Below, piece after piece: positions 29,229 through 39,800 of a stretch of 64,000 bases of DNA. A program made the translations under genes and the position numbers. Within the stretch, counting starts at the first letter, position 1, and each line of letters starts with the position of its first letter. The notes beneath the pieces were generated by a model. It was not told the origin of the DNA and ran no database searches. It was given only the letters and a program-made list of their open reading frames with translations. The stretch is from a virus: IMG/VR virus record IMGVR_UViG_3300033553_000338, positions 93,881 to 157,880 of that record, one strand, 5' to 3'.

Positions 29229-30257
29229 ATGGATCTAAAATTAAATGGAACAGTTAATTCTGTTCAAGAAACCCCTCAGAAACCTGCAGGTGGTTTAAAG
29301 TTATTGTTGGAGACAGCTCCTCAAACCACTCAGGCTACCGAAGAAGTACCTGTTAAGGAAGAGGCACCTGTTAAGGAAGAAACACCCGTTCAAGTAGAAG
29401 CACCGGTACAGGAGAAGGCCCCTGAGCCCCAGGTGGAGACTGTGGTGAAAGAGCCGTTAACGATGACTGGAAATCTATCTGCAAAGAAGATCTCAGCAAT
29501 CCCACCGGCCCAGACATTTCAGCAGGAACAGAACAAGGAGCTTGCCGTGAGGGAAACCTCCAATGAGCTTGTCGAGCTGAAGCCGGATGATATCAGCAAC
29601 ATTGAGTTTGACCCGGGCATGGGACTGGGCAAGCTGACCTTTGTGGCCAGACAAATGTTGGACAGTGGGTTACTGCCTAAAAACATCACAGAGCCTGGTC
29701 AGGTGATTGCTATTGGCCAGATGGGACATGACTTGAAGATTAGCTGGATGTCTGCCCTACAGCATATTGATAACATCCAGGGGAAGCCTACACTATCGTA
29801 TCGCCTGGTCATCGCCCTGCTGAACCGTGCAGGGTATCGTGTCAAGTTGCTGAAGAATTATGCGACTGAGAAGTATGATGATGGTAATTGGGACATCGTT
29901 ACAGAAATGGAGCTGATCGATATGAACCTCTTTGAGAAGATGAAGAAGGAAGCCACAGAGATCGCGAAGCTTCCCGAGGATGTACGCACCTTCATGGCCC
30001 CGATGCTTGCAAACATGGCCACCGTATTTAGTCGGAAGTTTGAGTTCCGGTATACCGATGCCATTTCTGCAAAGCTAATGGATAAGAAGAATTACCAGGA
30101 GCGTCCCCGTGACATGTTTCGGGCAAGATGTGTGACAGGGATGGTTAGGATGTATATTCCTGAGGTAACCATGGCCTTTTACGAAACTTCGGAGATCCAT
30201 CCCGATGTTTACCCTGAAGGATCCGCTGAGGATACTTTATACGAAGAGGTGAATTAA
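29229..30257 (+). CDS. RecT/Bet-like ssDNA annealing protein
   Basis: SGLLP, ALQHIDNIQGKPTL, NYQERPRDMFRARC; low-complexity N-terminus. Confidence 0.65.
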   Translation: MDLKLNGTVNSVQETPQKPAGGLKLLLETAPQTTQATEEVPVKEEAPVKEETPVQVEAPVQEKAPEPQVETVVKEPLTMTGNLSAKKISAIPPAQTFQQEQNKELAVRETSNELVELKPDDISNIEFDPGMGLGKLTFVARQMLDSGLLPKNITEPGQVIAIGQMGHDLKISWMSALQHIDNIQGKPTLSYRLVIALLNRAGYRVKLLKNYATEKYDDGNWDIVTEMELIDMNLFEKMKKEATEIAKLPEDVRTFMAPMLANMATVFSRKFEFRYTDAISAKLMDKKNYQERPRDMFRARCVTGMVRMYIPEVTMAFYETSEIHPDVYPEGSAEDTLYEEVN

Positions 30258-30258
30258 A

Positions 30259-30279
30259 TTCGTATAACACTTCTTAATC
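30259..30279 (+). promoter_or_regulatory. recurrent motif TTCGTATAA-N6-TTAATC followed by TAAATTTG (-7 box-like)
   Basis: TTCGTATAA cacttc TTAATC. Confidence 0.6.
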
Positions 30280-30368
30280 ACCATTATTTTCTTAAATTTG
30301 TATCCCCCTCATGAGAGTATGAGTGGGGATACCTTTTGTATTTAAAACCAATTTTAAATTTTTATAGT

Positions 30369-31289
30369 ATGTCAAATTTATTTAGGAACTGGAAAGACAC
30401 CAACACTTCAAATCGTTTAGAGTATGGAATTCACGAGAACGTAGCAATCAAAGATATTGATACAAAGGCTCGTAAAAAGAATGACGGTTCTGTCATGCGC
30501 GTTGCAATGTTTATCACGTACACCAAGGTGGACGAGCAACGTAGACCTCTCGCGGAGATTGAGGAATTTTTGTTCTGGCCAAAGTTTGATTCGAAGCTTG
30601 GAGCTTTGAAATCGCTGTTCTTGTACATCAATCACCTGTCAATGATCCTGTCATGTTATTATAACCCTGACGAGGTTACCGATGCTTTTGATAAGCTAAT
30701 CTCAGATGAGGGCTTCAAAACACCGGAGGATGTTGAAAAGAAGTTGAACTCAGAGAAGGCAATGAAAGCGATTGTACTGAAGATCAACGAAGCATTTGAA
30801 TCTTTTGGAACACCATTGACTGGCCTTACATCGGAGTATTTGTTCCGTCTGAAGGTAACGTGTCAGGACAACGGTCTGGGAGTGGAGATCCCAAATAGTG
30901 GCTTCATTGAAGCTATGAAAGTCCCGGTTGCACAGTCTACCCTGCAGATGACTCAGCGGGACGTTCGTGCGAAACAGGAAGCGGACAAGCCAAAGGTTAA
31001 TAATAACCTTGCCCAAGGTTCGATGCCGGGTATGCCAGGAATGCCGGGTATGCCTAATATTCCAGGATCGGCTCCCGGGGTTGTTCCCGGAGCAGTACCC
31101 GCTGCCCCACCAGCAGCAACAGTACCTCCAGCAGGAGTGCCTACAGCAATCCCCGGAGCAGTAGCTCCATCGATTCCACAGGCCACGCCAGCAGCACCGG
31201 TACAGGCTACCATGCCTATGCCTGATACTGTGACACCGGTAGCCCAAGTAGCACCACCGACACAGCCTTTTCTGAACGCAGGAGCTTAA
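30369..31289 (+). CDS. hypothetical protein, possible ssDNA-binding protein with Pro/Ala-rich tail
   Basis: Lies between RecT-like and primase genes; PGMPGMPGMP low-complexity C-terminus. Confidence 0.6.
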   Translation: MSNLFRNWKDTNTSNRLEYGIHENVAIKDIDTKARKKNDGSVMRVAMFITYTKVDEQRRPLAEIEEFLFWPKFDSKLGALKSLFLYINHLSMILSCYYNPDEVTDAFDKLISDEGFKTPEDVEKKLNSEKAMKAIVLKINEAFESFGTPLTGLTSEYLFRLKVTCQDNGLGVEIPNSGFIEAMKVPVAQSTLQMTQRDVRAKQEADKPKVNNNLAQGSMPGMPGMPGMPNIPGSAPGVVPGAVPAAPPAATVPPAGVPTAIPGAVAPSIPQATPAAPVQATMPMPDTVTPVAQVAPPTQPFLNAGA

Positions 31290-31303
31290 TCACTTAAAAC
31301 AAT

Positions 31304-31336
31304 GCCCCTCAGTGCAATTACTGAGGGGCTTTTTTA
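31304..31336 (+). terminator. intrinsic terminator
   Basis: GCCCCTCAGT-gcaatt-ACTGAGGGGC-TTTTTT. Confidence 0.85.
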
Positions 31337-31339
31337 CCT

Positions 31340-32416
31340 ATGCTTACTCTAAAAGACATACAACAATACGTTTACGAGTCAAGCGATGTAAGGCTTTCCC
31401 TGTTACAGGACACCAATGATTATACCATTTTCTGTCATTTCATCGGCAGGAACATATTGCCCGGAGAGTTTATTCATTCCCCTATCAGGCATGACAATAC
31501 TCCCTCTTTTAACATCTATTATTCAAGAGATCCTAAATGGGATGATCAGATGATGTTTAAAGATTATAGTGGGCCATCTGGAAATGTTTTTCAGTTTGTT
31601 CAACATTGGGCCATGTACCATGAGGGGATTCCACTGGGATCCAATCAGGAGATTGTAATGTATATCAAAGGGAAACTTGGGATATCTACTGGCGTAATTT
31701 CCAGAAAGATAACAACACCTGAAAAACCGGAGTCTTCCGAGTATTTGATCTCTGTGTATCCAAAGTATCAGACACAGCATTTGGAATACTTGAATGATCT
31801 TGGGATTGATCTTGAGCTTGCAGAACATGTGTATTTCACGAAAGCCTGTGAATCCCTTATGGATGAATACCAAAGGGTTATACAGCAATTCCGTGGAACA
31901 ACAACGTTTGCTTACATTATTTACAATAAATTTAAACTGTACCAACCTTACGAAGAGAACTTCAAGAAGTTCTTTAACCATTGCCCTGCAAACTATGTAC
32001 AGGGGTTTCCCCAGTGCAGAGTTATTGGCCAGGACACTTTGATGATCACCAAATCCTTTAAGGATATTCTGGTAGTCCAAAGCCATATAGAGGAATGGTT
32101 AGACATCATTGCCCCACACGGAGAAGGGTATAACATTTCCCCGGAGTGGATCGAATGGTACTTGCAGTATAAGCGAATCATTATCATGTATGACCCGGAT
32201 TTAGCTGGACTGAAGGGGTTGAACCGGATCAGGAAAGCAATTCTGAGCCATCCAAAGTACTCCGGGCAAGAGGTCCTGGTAAGATTTATCTGGGAAGGTG
32301 CCAGAACACTTAGGGATGGGAAGATGGTTGTACCTGTTAAGGACCCCGCAGAGTATCGATTAATATATGGACGTACAAAAACTGAAGAAAGACTAAAACA
32401 AATCATTTATGGGTAG
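31340..32416 (+). CDS. DNA primase (TOPRIM, crAss-like type)
   Basis: SPIRHDNTPSF, FKDYSG, KLYQP, ITKSFKD, YDPDLAG, KDP. Confidence 0.85.
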   Translation: MLTLKDIQQYVYESSDVRLSLLQDTNDYTIFCHFIGRNILPGEFIHSPIRHDNTPSFNIYYSRDPKWDDQMMFKDYSGPSGNVFQFVQHWAMYHEGIPLGSNQEIVMYIKGKLGISTGVISRKITTPEKPESSEYLISVYPKYQTQHLEYLNDLGIDLELAEHVYFTKACESLMDEYQRVIQQFRGTTTFAYIIYNKFKLYQPYEENFKKFFNHCPANYVQGFPQCRVIGQDTLMITKSFKDILVVQSHIEEWLDIIAPHGEGYNISPEWIEWYLQYKRIIIMYDPDLAGLKGLNRIRKAILSHPKYSGQEVLVRFIWEGARTLRDGKMVVPVKDPAEYRLIYGRTKTEERLKQIIYG

Positions 32417-32810
32417 CAAAAGGAACAGACAGGCTGGCAATAAGTATGAAGTTGACCTGGTGAATGAACTTAAGAGCATGGCGTATAGTGTAGTAACCTC
32501 TCGTAGCGAGAGCCGAAACATGGATAACAAGAAGGTGGATGTTTTTTCTCCACCAGGTACAGCGGAGAGTGAGGTATTTCCTTACTATATTCAGGCAAAA
32601 TTTACCAGTGTGAGTCCATCGTATGCAACCTTACTTTCAACAATGCCCAGTGACCGGCCAGGCCTGGTGTTCCATAAGAAAGCAGAATCCTATAAGTGTA
32701 AGGATGATAAAGTACGTCATCGTAGTGTTGGAGAATTTGTAATTATGACAAAAGAATTATTTTATGAGCTACTCAAGCGCAAAACTGGAGAAAGCGAAGA
32801 AGCTGTTTGA
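32409..32810 (+). CDS. Holliday junction resolvase (Hjc-like PD-(D/E)XK)
   Basis: GNKYE, TSRSES..D...VD, IQAK, VFHKK. Confidence 0.75.
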   Translation: MGSKRNRQAGNKYEVDLVNELKSMAYSVVTSRSESRNMDNKKVDVFSPPGTAESEVFPYYIQAKFTSVSPSYATLLSTMPSDRPGLVFHKKAESYKCKDDKVRHRSVGEFVIMTKELFYELLKRKTGESEEAV

Positions 32811-33003
32811 CTTCGTTATTCAAGGGAATGAAAAAGTAGAAGATCTAAACCTGCTTCGCGGGGAACTGAAAGCTTCTGTAGATGCACTGTCGTCTGCGGA
32901 AGTTGTCGAACTAGGTGCCTACGTGTTCCCTAAACTCTTATCAGACAGAGACGACAATATTGTTGAAGCATTAATTTATAAACTAAAAATTCAAAATGAG
33001 TAA
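32764..33003 (+). CDS. hypothetical protein
   Basis: 79 aa ORF overlapping neighbours. Confidence 0.55.
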   Translation: MSYSSAKLEKAKKLFDFVIQGNEKVEDLNLLRGELKASVDALSSAEVVELGAYVFPKLLSDRDDNIVEALIYKLKIQNE

Positions 33004-35239
33004 TCCTGTATTGAATTTTATCAACCGTACACAAACGGCACAACCTGTTGATCCCGGTAATACCCCACAAGGTCCCCAGGACAGCACACCATTACCAACC
33101 CTTCGGTTGCCTGGGATGAAGATAAATCCTATAGAAAGTCAGGATGCCGGAAGCCCCGTTATGGGTGTTCCCGGAAGCCCGTCAGGAGCTACACAGCTTC
33201 CCTCCATGGGGAGCAAGCCTACTGTTCAGGTACCCGTTCAGGAAACTCCTGCACCAGCTCCTGTTAAAGAGGAACCCGCTGTATTACCCGTAGTTGAGAA
33301 AAAAGCCCCGGAACCTGTTGTAGAAGCTAAGGCCATCCCTGCACTGGAAACATTGATGAACGCCCCTGAAAGCTTTAACAGTATTTCTGATTTCATGGAT
33401 ACCACGGAAACCGTGCCGGCAGAAGCCGTAGAACACCCTGAGGTTGAGGCTGTAGAAAAACCTGAGCCCGTGGAACCCCCGGTTGTTGAGGTTCCTGCAC
33501 CTGTTGAAGAAGTTAAAACAGCTGCCCCGAAATTACCCTTCTTAAAGCTTGGTAACTCGGGACCAATCCCCAAAGGGATTCCCGGGCTAAGTGTTGAACA
33601 AGAAGGGATCCCCGGACTGAATGTTTCGGATACTCCCAAAGCACCCGGACTGCTTGCCTCTATGAAAAATCCTTTTGGCCAAGGGCCAGTAGGAAAGTAC
33701 AAGATTGAGCTGACAGCCGATGCTACAGAGGAACAGAGGGCAATCGCGAACTCGGGCAAGGATATCGAAAGCATGTCCCAGGATGAACTTAGGGGGGTGT
33801 ACTTCATGATCAATGCTGGTCATGCTGCTCAGCACATCTATTCTGCCTCAACAATTAACCACATTGCAAAAACCGGCAGACACCCGAGTGAAGAGGACAA
33901 GGAGTTCAATAAAACGGAATGGACCTTTATTGGCAATGGTGTGCATAATGCTGTGGAAACTAAAGGTAAGAGCCTGAAGAAGCTGTTCCACTTTGGCAAC
34001 ATTGGAGAAGTTCCTGTAAAGCCTGAAACAAGTTTGTCCAAGGATCACCAGGACATGATGCGTGAAATGATTGTCAATGGACTGAGTTCCGTGGAAGCTT
34101 ACATCAAAGTGAAGGACAACCTGACTACCAAGTCAATTGAACTGGCATGGCTGGTGGAGAATTTCCAATTTCCTTGTATTACTGAACGGGCAGAGAAGGA
34201 GCACATTGTTACCTTATTGACTGAACGTTACGATGATGTAGTGGCCGGTAACTCAGTAGAACTGACTGAGGATGAACTGAACCTGACCAATGCTAAGCTT
34301 ACTAAAAAGCTTTTGACTGATGTTAAAAATGCAGAGAAAGAACTGAAGGCTGTAAAGGATTCTGAGGAATACAAAGCTGTCTTGAAAGTATCCAAGGCTG
34401 CAAGTACAGAGTACGACAAGTTCAAGGACGAGCTGCCGGCCTTCAAATCTTACCTGAACAAACAGGTGGAGTATGAAAAGCAGAAAGTGCTTATCCGTGA
34501 ACGTGCAGAAAAATCGGGTGGAGTTCTGATTGATGATATCCCATACGTTGCCAGTGGTAAGCGTTGTTATGAATCTATCGGGAAGATATACGGAGCTTTT
34601 GAGAATAGCTCGGAAGCTTTTAATGTATTTCACCCGGATGGTGTCTCCAGTAACACCTTCGAGATGTTCAGTGAGTACGTTGTATTGTTTGAGTATACTT
34701 TGTCCACCGGAAGGAAGGCATTGTTTAAGTCCATGATGGACCGGTACATTATTGACCATACCTCCAAGGTGGCTTGGGTACTTGACCTGAAGACCTACGG
34801 TAAGCCTGGAAATTTCCTACACGGAAACTATAAAGACCATGCTTACTGGAGATCCATGGCCGTGTACTACGAGGCTATCCGTGTGGACCTGGAACGCAGA
34901 GGACTGGAAGGATACATTATCCAATGCTCTCTGCTGCCCATCTCAATGGTAAGTCTGGAGGTAGGGTCCTACGGGGTACACCTGTTGAACCTGTCCAATG
35001 AGGAGATCAAGATGGGAACCAACGGAGGCTACATGAAATTCATGGGAAGCATCTTCAATGAGTACCGTCAGGTCTGTACCGCGATTAGTCCGGAGCAAAT
35101 GGAGTTATTCGTTAAGCTTGGGATGATCTCCAACAATTCTCCCGAATTCCGTGTACGTGGATGGAAGCAGGTTGTTGATGACTTCGAAGTTAAAATCAGT
35201 GGGGTAATGCCCAAAAACCAAGCAGTATGTTCTGCATAA
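32996..35239 (+). CDS. PD-(D/E)XK exonuclease (RecE/ExoVIII-like) with Pro/Glu-rich N-terminus
   Basis: YSAST, IGNGVH, KSMMDRYIID..VLDLKT, YWRSMAVY. Confidence 0.75.
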   Translation: MSNPVLNFINRTQTAQPVDPGNTPQGPQDSTPLPTLRLPGMKINPIESQDAGSPVMGVPGSPSGATQLPSMGSKPTVQVPVQETPAPAPVKEEPAVLPVVEKKAPEPVVEAKAIPALETLMNAPESFNSISDFMDTTETVPAEAVEHPEVEAVEKPEPVEPPVVEVPAPVEEVKTAAPKLPFLKLGNSGPIPKGIPGLSVEQEGIPGLNVSDTPKAPGLLASMKNPFGQGPVGKYKIELTADATEEQRAIANSGKDIESMSQDELRGVYFMINAGHAAQHIYSASTINHIAKTGRHPSEEDKEFNKTEWTFIGNGVHNAVETKGKSLKKLFHFGNIGEVPVKPETSLSKDHQDMMREMIVNGLSSVEAYIKVKDNLTTKSIELAWLVENFQFPCITERAEKEHIVTLLTERYDDVVAGNSVELTEDELNLTNAKLTKKLLTDVKNAEKELKAVKDSEEYKAVLKVSKAASTEYDKFKDELPAFKSYLNKQVEYEKQKVLIRERAEKSGGVLIDDIPYVASGKRCYESIGKIYGAFENSSEAFNVFHPDGVSSNTFEMFSEYVVLFEYTLSTGRKALFKSMMDRYIIDHTSKVAWVLDLKTYGKPGNFLHGNYKDHAYWRSMAVYYEAIRVDLERRGLEGYIIQCSLLPISMVSLEVGSYGVHLLNLSNEEIKMGTNGGYMKFMGSIFNEYRQVCTAISPEQMELFVKLGMISNNSPEFRVRGWKQVVDDFEVKISGVMPKNQAVCSA

Positions 35240-35250
35240 ATTTGAATTTT

Positions 35251-35574
35251 ATGAGTATGACTTACACCGCTGTTATCAGCATCCTCTTATTGGCGTTTAC
35301 GCAAAATGTCGCATTCTCCATTGTATCCCGAAGCCGTAACCGGGACAGTATCAAATACCATCTCTTTGCGGCTACCGGATCCAACGTCATCTGGTTCCTT
35401 ACATTCCGTCAACTGATCCTGGCAGACATGTCCTATATGCTACTGATTCCCTATACCCTTGGCACGGTAGCGGGAAGCGTACTGGGCGTGAAAATCTCCA
35501 TGGTCATCGAGCGATGGATTGGTGCCACAAGTGACGGTCACCTGAAACCAAAGAGTGATGGAGCGAATTCCTGA
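35251..35574 (+). CDS. small membrane protein
   Basis: Three hydrophobic segments, SRSRNR. Confidence 0.7.
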   Translation: MSMTYTAVISILLLAFTQNVAFSIVSRSRNRDSIKYHLFAATGSNVIWFLTFRQLILADMSYMLLIPYTLGTVAGSVLGVKISMVIERWIGATSDGHLKPKSDGANS

Positions 35575-35821
35575 AAATATTGCAAAAAAGTACGAGGGCA
35601 TAACAAACCCTCGTACTAATCGGAGAGCTATATTTAAGCACTACCGGGGAATAGATGATAGCCGGCTGGCCCCGATCTCAGGAAAGTTTAACGTGACTGA
35701 ACGGGCCATCCGTCATCTTTGGAAATTCGAAAGGGAGAGTGGGGATTACCTTCTTGGTCTTGAACTGACTTTATTTTTGGATATGCGGATATCGGAAATT
35801 GTAAATTCTACAAGCTTTTAA
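35558..35821 (+). CDS. hypothetical protein
   Basis: 87 aa ORF. Confidence 0.6.
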   Translation: MERIPENIAKKYEGITNPRTNRRAIFKHYRGIDDSRLAPISGKFNVTERAIRHLWKFERESGDYLLGLELTLFLDMRISEIVNSTSF

Positions 35822-35822
35822 T

Positions 35823-35843
35823 TTCGTATATCAAACTTTAATC
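35823..35843 (+). promoter_or_regulatory. recurrent motif TTCGTATAT-N6-TTAATC
   Basis: TTCGTATAT caaact TTAATC. Confidence 0.6.
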
Positions 35844-35856
35844 CATATATTTATTC

Positions 35857-36282
35857 TTGAAAAAAGATATCGAAAACACATCGGAATTTAGGGAAATCTA
35901 TAAGCATGCAGGGGAGCTGGTAAAGCTCAGTACCGCAATAGAATATGTATTTTTAAGCGGGTGCCCTGTAGGTGTTAAGGGAGTTGCATGTATCCTGGAA
36001 GAAGATTATACCAGGTTATCAGGAAAAGTACTTGATCATTCTTTAGAGTCCGGTTTTATGGAAGGAGAGATTTTAATCTCCATGGACAATATGGTGGAGC
36101 TTTTCCGTAAAGTATATCCCTACTTTAATTCCTTCGAGACCCTTGCATTTAAAGGGTATATAGGTTTCCGGGATTTGGAGATTAATAAAAAGCTGGGATA
36201 CAAAATTCCAGAAAAATTCTTAAAAAGAAAAAATGAAATTTCTCGTTTTTATGGGGGTAATAGGTTCTGGAAAGGACTTTAA
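35857..36282 (+). CDS. hypothetical protein
   Basis: 141 aa, TTG start. Confidence 0.55.
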   Translation: MKKDIENTSEFREIYKHAGELVKLSTAIEYVFLSGCPVGVKGVACILEEDYTRLSGKVLDHSLESGFMEGEILISMDNMVELFRKVYPYFNSFETLAFKGYIGFRDLEINKKLGYKIPEKFLKRKNEISRFYGGNRFWKGL

Positions 36283-36826
36283 TATCCAAAACGTTCGCGC
36301 AACAGAAAAATCAAGTGAGTCCTTAGCGTTTGCAGACCCTATGAGGGAAGCCTTGTGGAAAGAGTTGGGGTACACCCCTAAAAACCATGAAGCGTATGAG
36401 GCCTTTAAGGTCTCCTTGACCAAGTGCCCAATCACCGGTGACGACATCCCAGGCAGGAAGGTAATGGAGAATTACTCCAACTTCCGCAAGAGAGGAAACC
36501 CGTATGTTTGGCTGGACATGTCACTGGAAAGGATGAGGGATATTCATAGCTGTCACGACACCAAGTTTCTTTTGGTTACAGATTGTAGATTTGAGTATGA
36601 GGTAGGCTCCTTACTGGCATTAGCCGAAGAGCTGAACTCGGAAATTGAATTTACATTCTGTAACTACAAGTCTGACAAATACAATGCAACCGCACCTTTA
36701 GCCAGTGAGCGACTGGCCCAACAATTTGTAGCCTGTGGGTTTCAACACCTGGACAAAGGTTTTGATGTGTACATAAAAAAAGTATTCTCAAAGGACATCA
36801 TCGCTAGATTCAAACAAATTATTTAA
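36233..36826 (+). CDS. deoxynucleoside monophosphate kinase
   Basis: GVIGSGKD, AFADPMRE, VTDCRFEYE, ASE. Confidence 0.85.
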   Translation: MKFLVFMGVIGSGKDFNIQNVRATEKSSESLAFADPMREALWKELGYTPKNHEAYEAFKVSLTKCPITGDDIPGRKVMENYSNFRKRGNPYVWLDMSLERMRDIHSCHDTKFLLVTDCRFEYEVGSLLALAEELNSEIEFTFCNYKSDKYNATAPLASERLAQQFVACGFQHLDKGFDVYIKKVFSKDIIARFKQII

Positions 36827-36844
36827 TATAAAATCGACATACGT

Positions 36845-39800
36845 ATGAGTACAGAAAGTCTACAAGACTACATCTTTGTAGCTAAATACGCACGTACAGT
36901 CAATGGCAAAAAGGAAACTTGGAACCAGGCTGTATCGCGGGTTATGGGCATGCATGAGGAATTTTTAACAATTCGTCATGGGGTAAATATGGAGGACTTG
37001 GATCCTTACTTTGAGGCAATTCGTAAGGCTTACCATAAGCAGGAAATGCTGGGGGCTCAAAGGGCTCTACAGTGGGGAGGTAGCCAGTTACTTAAACATC
37101 ATTTCAGGATGTACAACTGTTTTCGAAGGGATACAAAATTTGTAACTAATGAGGGTGTAAAGTCGTTTGAAGACTTTGAGGATGGCGACAATCTAAAAGT
37201 TCTTACACATGCTAAAAATTGGAAAAATGCTATTGTTAGGAACTATGGAACTGCAGCTGTTAATGAAATTACAGTTAAACGTGGGGCAAGTAAAAGTACA
37301 ATCTACTCTACGGGCAACCATCGTTGGATAAAAAATGATGGTGTTATTACAGAAGACTTACAAATCAATGACAAACTTTTAAGAACCCCTCGTTATTTCC
37401 AAGAATTTAATTATGATACAGCTACCCCTTTTGAGAAATTATACTGGTGCTATGGCATGGTCTATGGGGATGGTACAAGAATACAGGATAAAGGAGGTAA
37501 TTTAAAGTACTCACTGATTAGATTGTGTGGGGAGGATAAGCAATTTTCAGATCGATTTGAATCATGTGGATTTAAAACATCCACAAATTTATCGTTGAAG
37601 GGGGACTGCATTGCCTATACTGGATCTTACCTAAAAACATCTCCAGACCCTTCAGTTGATTCACCAGAACTAATACGGGCATTTGTTTCGGGGTATCTTC
37701 AGGCTGATGCGTATAAAAATAGCAACCCTAACACTGGGAGCAGATTTATAGACATCCAGAGTTCCGAAATAGATCATATCGAATTTATCAGAAAATGCTT
37801 CCCTATAGCAGGTGTTTACATTGTATCTGAAAAAAACATAACCGGGGAAAAAACTAACTTAGGAACTCGACCTTATACCATTAAATTCAGATTAACCCAA
37901 GGTCAGGGATCCATGGCCCCAACCTTCAAAGTAGCATCTATAAAAAGGGAGGTAGAAATTTGTGATGTGTGGTGTCTTGAAGTTGAAGACGATCAATCCT
38001 TTATGCTTCCTAACGGACTTGCTACAGGTAATTGCGCTTCATCTTATGCTAACCGGGTGGACTTTTTCCATGAGTTGATGTATGTCCTGCTCTGCGGAGC
38101 CGGTGTAGGTTATTCGGTACAAAAACATCACGTAGGTGAGTTACCAGTTGTACAAGGACCCCTCAAAGAGAAGGTTCCATTTGTTATTGGTGATTCCATC
38201 GAAGGGTGGGGGGACTCAGTGAAAGCCTTGATGTATGCATTCTTTTACAACCAGCCTCTACCTCAGTTTGATGGAACCCAGGTACGGCCTAAAGGGGCTA
38301 TGATCAGCGGTGGGTTTAAAGCACCTGGTCCTGACCCTTTGCTGGAAGCTCTCAAACTGGTTAAGGTTATCCTGAACAATGCCATTGGCCGGAAGCTTCG
38401 ACCACTGGAGGTTCACGAGATTGCTTGTATCTTTGCGGATGCTGTTATTTCCGGAGGTGTTAGACGGTCTGCCTTACTTTCCCTGTTCTCTATTGATGAC
38501 GAGGAAATGATGAGCTGTAAAACGGGTGATTGGTGGACCAAGAAAGAGTACCTGGCCCGGGCAAACAACTCAGCGGCAGTATTTGAAGATACCCCTTATG
38601 AAAGTTATAAGCGGGTTTTTGAAAATGCCAAAGCGTTTGGGGAGCCTGGAATCGTTTTCCTGAAGCACCGGGATCAAATCTTAAACCCTTGTGCTGAAAT
38701 CTCCATGTTCCCTGTGTGGGTCAATGAGGACGGAAGCCGTGAGTACGGATTTGCTGTCTGTAATTTGACAGAAATCAACGGTGCTAAGATCAAGTCCCTG
38801 AATGATTTTAAAAGAGCCGCTTTTGCAGCTTCTGCAATGGGAACAATCCAAGCATCATACACAGACTTCCCGTATCTAGGAAGGGTAACTGAGAAGATTA
38901 TAAGACGAGATGCATTGATTGGAGTAGGAATCACCGGCATGAGTGAGAATCCTTACATCCTGTTTGACCCTGAGAATCAACGTGCTGCTGCCAAGGTGGT
39001 TGTGCAGACAAATAAAGAGGTTGCGGATATTATTGGGATCAACTACGCGGCCCGGACAACTACAATCAAACCTTCCGGAACTTCCAGCTCATTGCTGGGG
39101 ACTTCTCCGGGGATTCATCCTTTTGACTCCATGAAATATGTACGGCACGTACAGGCAAATAAGGACGAGCAAGCATGGCAAGTCCTAAAGGAGTTTAACC
39201 CTAAGGTAGTGGAAGCTAGTTTATCAAACAACCGGGATGTGGTTATCTCATTCCCTGTCGAGAAGGAGTCCGGAGTACTTACAAAGAACAATCTCTCTGC
39301 GCTGGAATTCATGGAACTTGTGAAGCTAACTCAGAATAACTGGATTGCAGAAGGTACAAATTGGGATCACTCATCTTACAAGATCAGCCCTCAGATGACT
39401 CATAATGTGAGTAATACAATCTCCGTGAAAGATCATGAATGGGAAAATGTCCAGGAGTACCTGTGGAAAAACAAGGCTCACTTCTGTGGGGTTTCATTCC
39501 TGTCAGATTCGGGTAGCCTGGATTATGTGCAAGCTCCGTTTTCAGAAGTGATCGATGAGAAAGCACTTGCTGAGAAGTATGGTGCCGCTGCAATCCTGGC
39601 TGGTGGGCTGAATGTTGATGGGATCCATGCCTTTGGGGATCTGTGGAGAGCAATCAGCTGTGCCCAAGGCATCGGGGAATCACTTGTATTTGAAAAGGGG
39701 ATGGTACTTGATGTCATTGAAAAGAACATGACTGACTTTACTAGGATCGATGAGAGACTTGGGATTACTTTTAACTTCCAGGTGGAGGGTGCTAAGATCA

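Noticed and set aside
30750-34759. Long minus-strand ORFs (e.g. 30750-31247, 31523-32086, 33238-33813, 34253-34759)
   Set aside because: Antisense shadows of well-supported + strand genes, partly due to low-complexity Pro/Ala/Glu coding.
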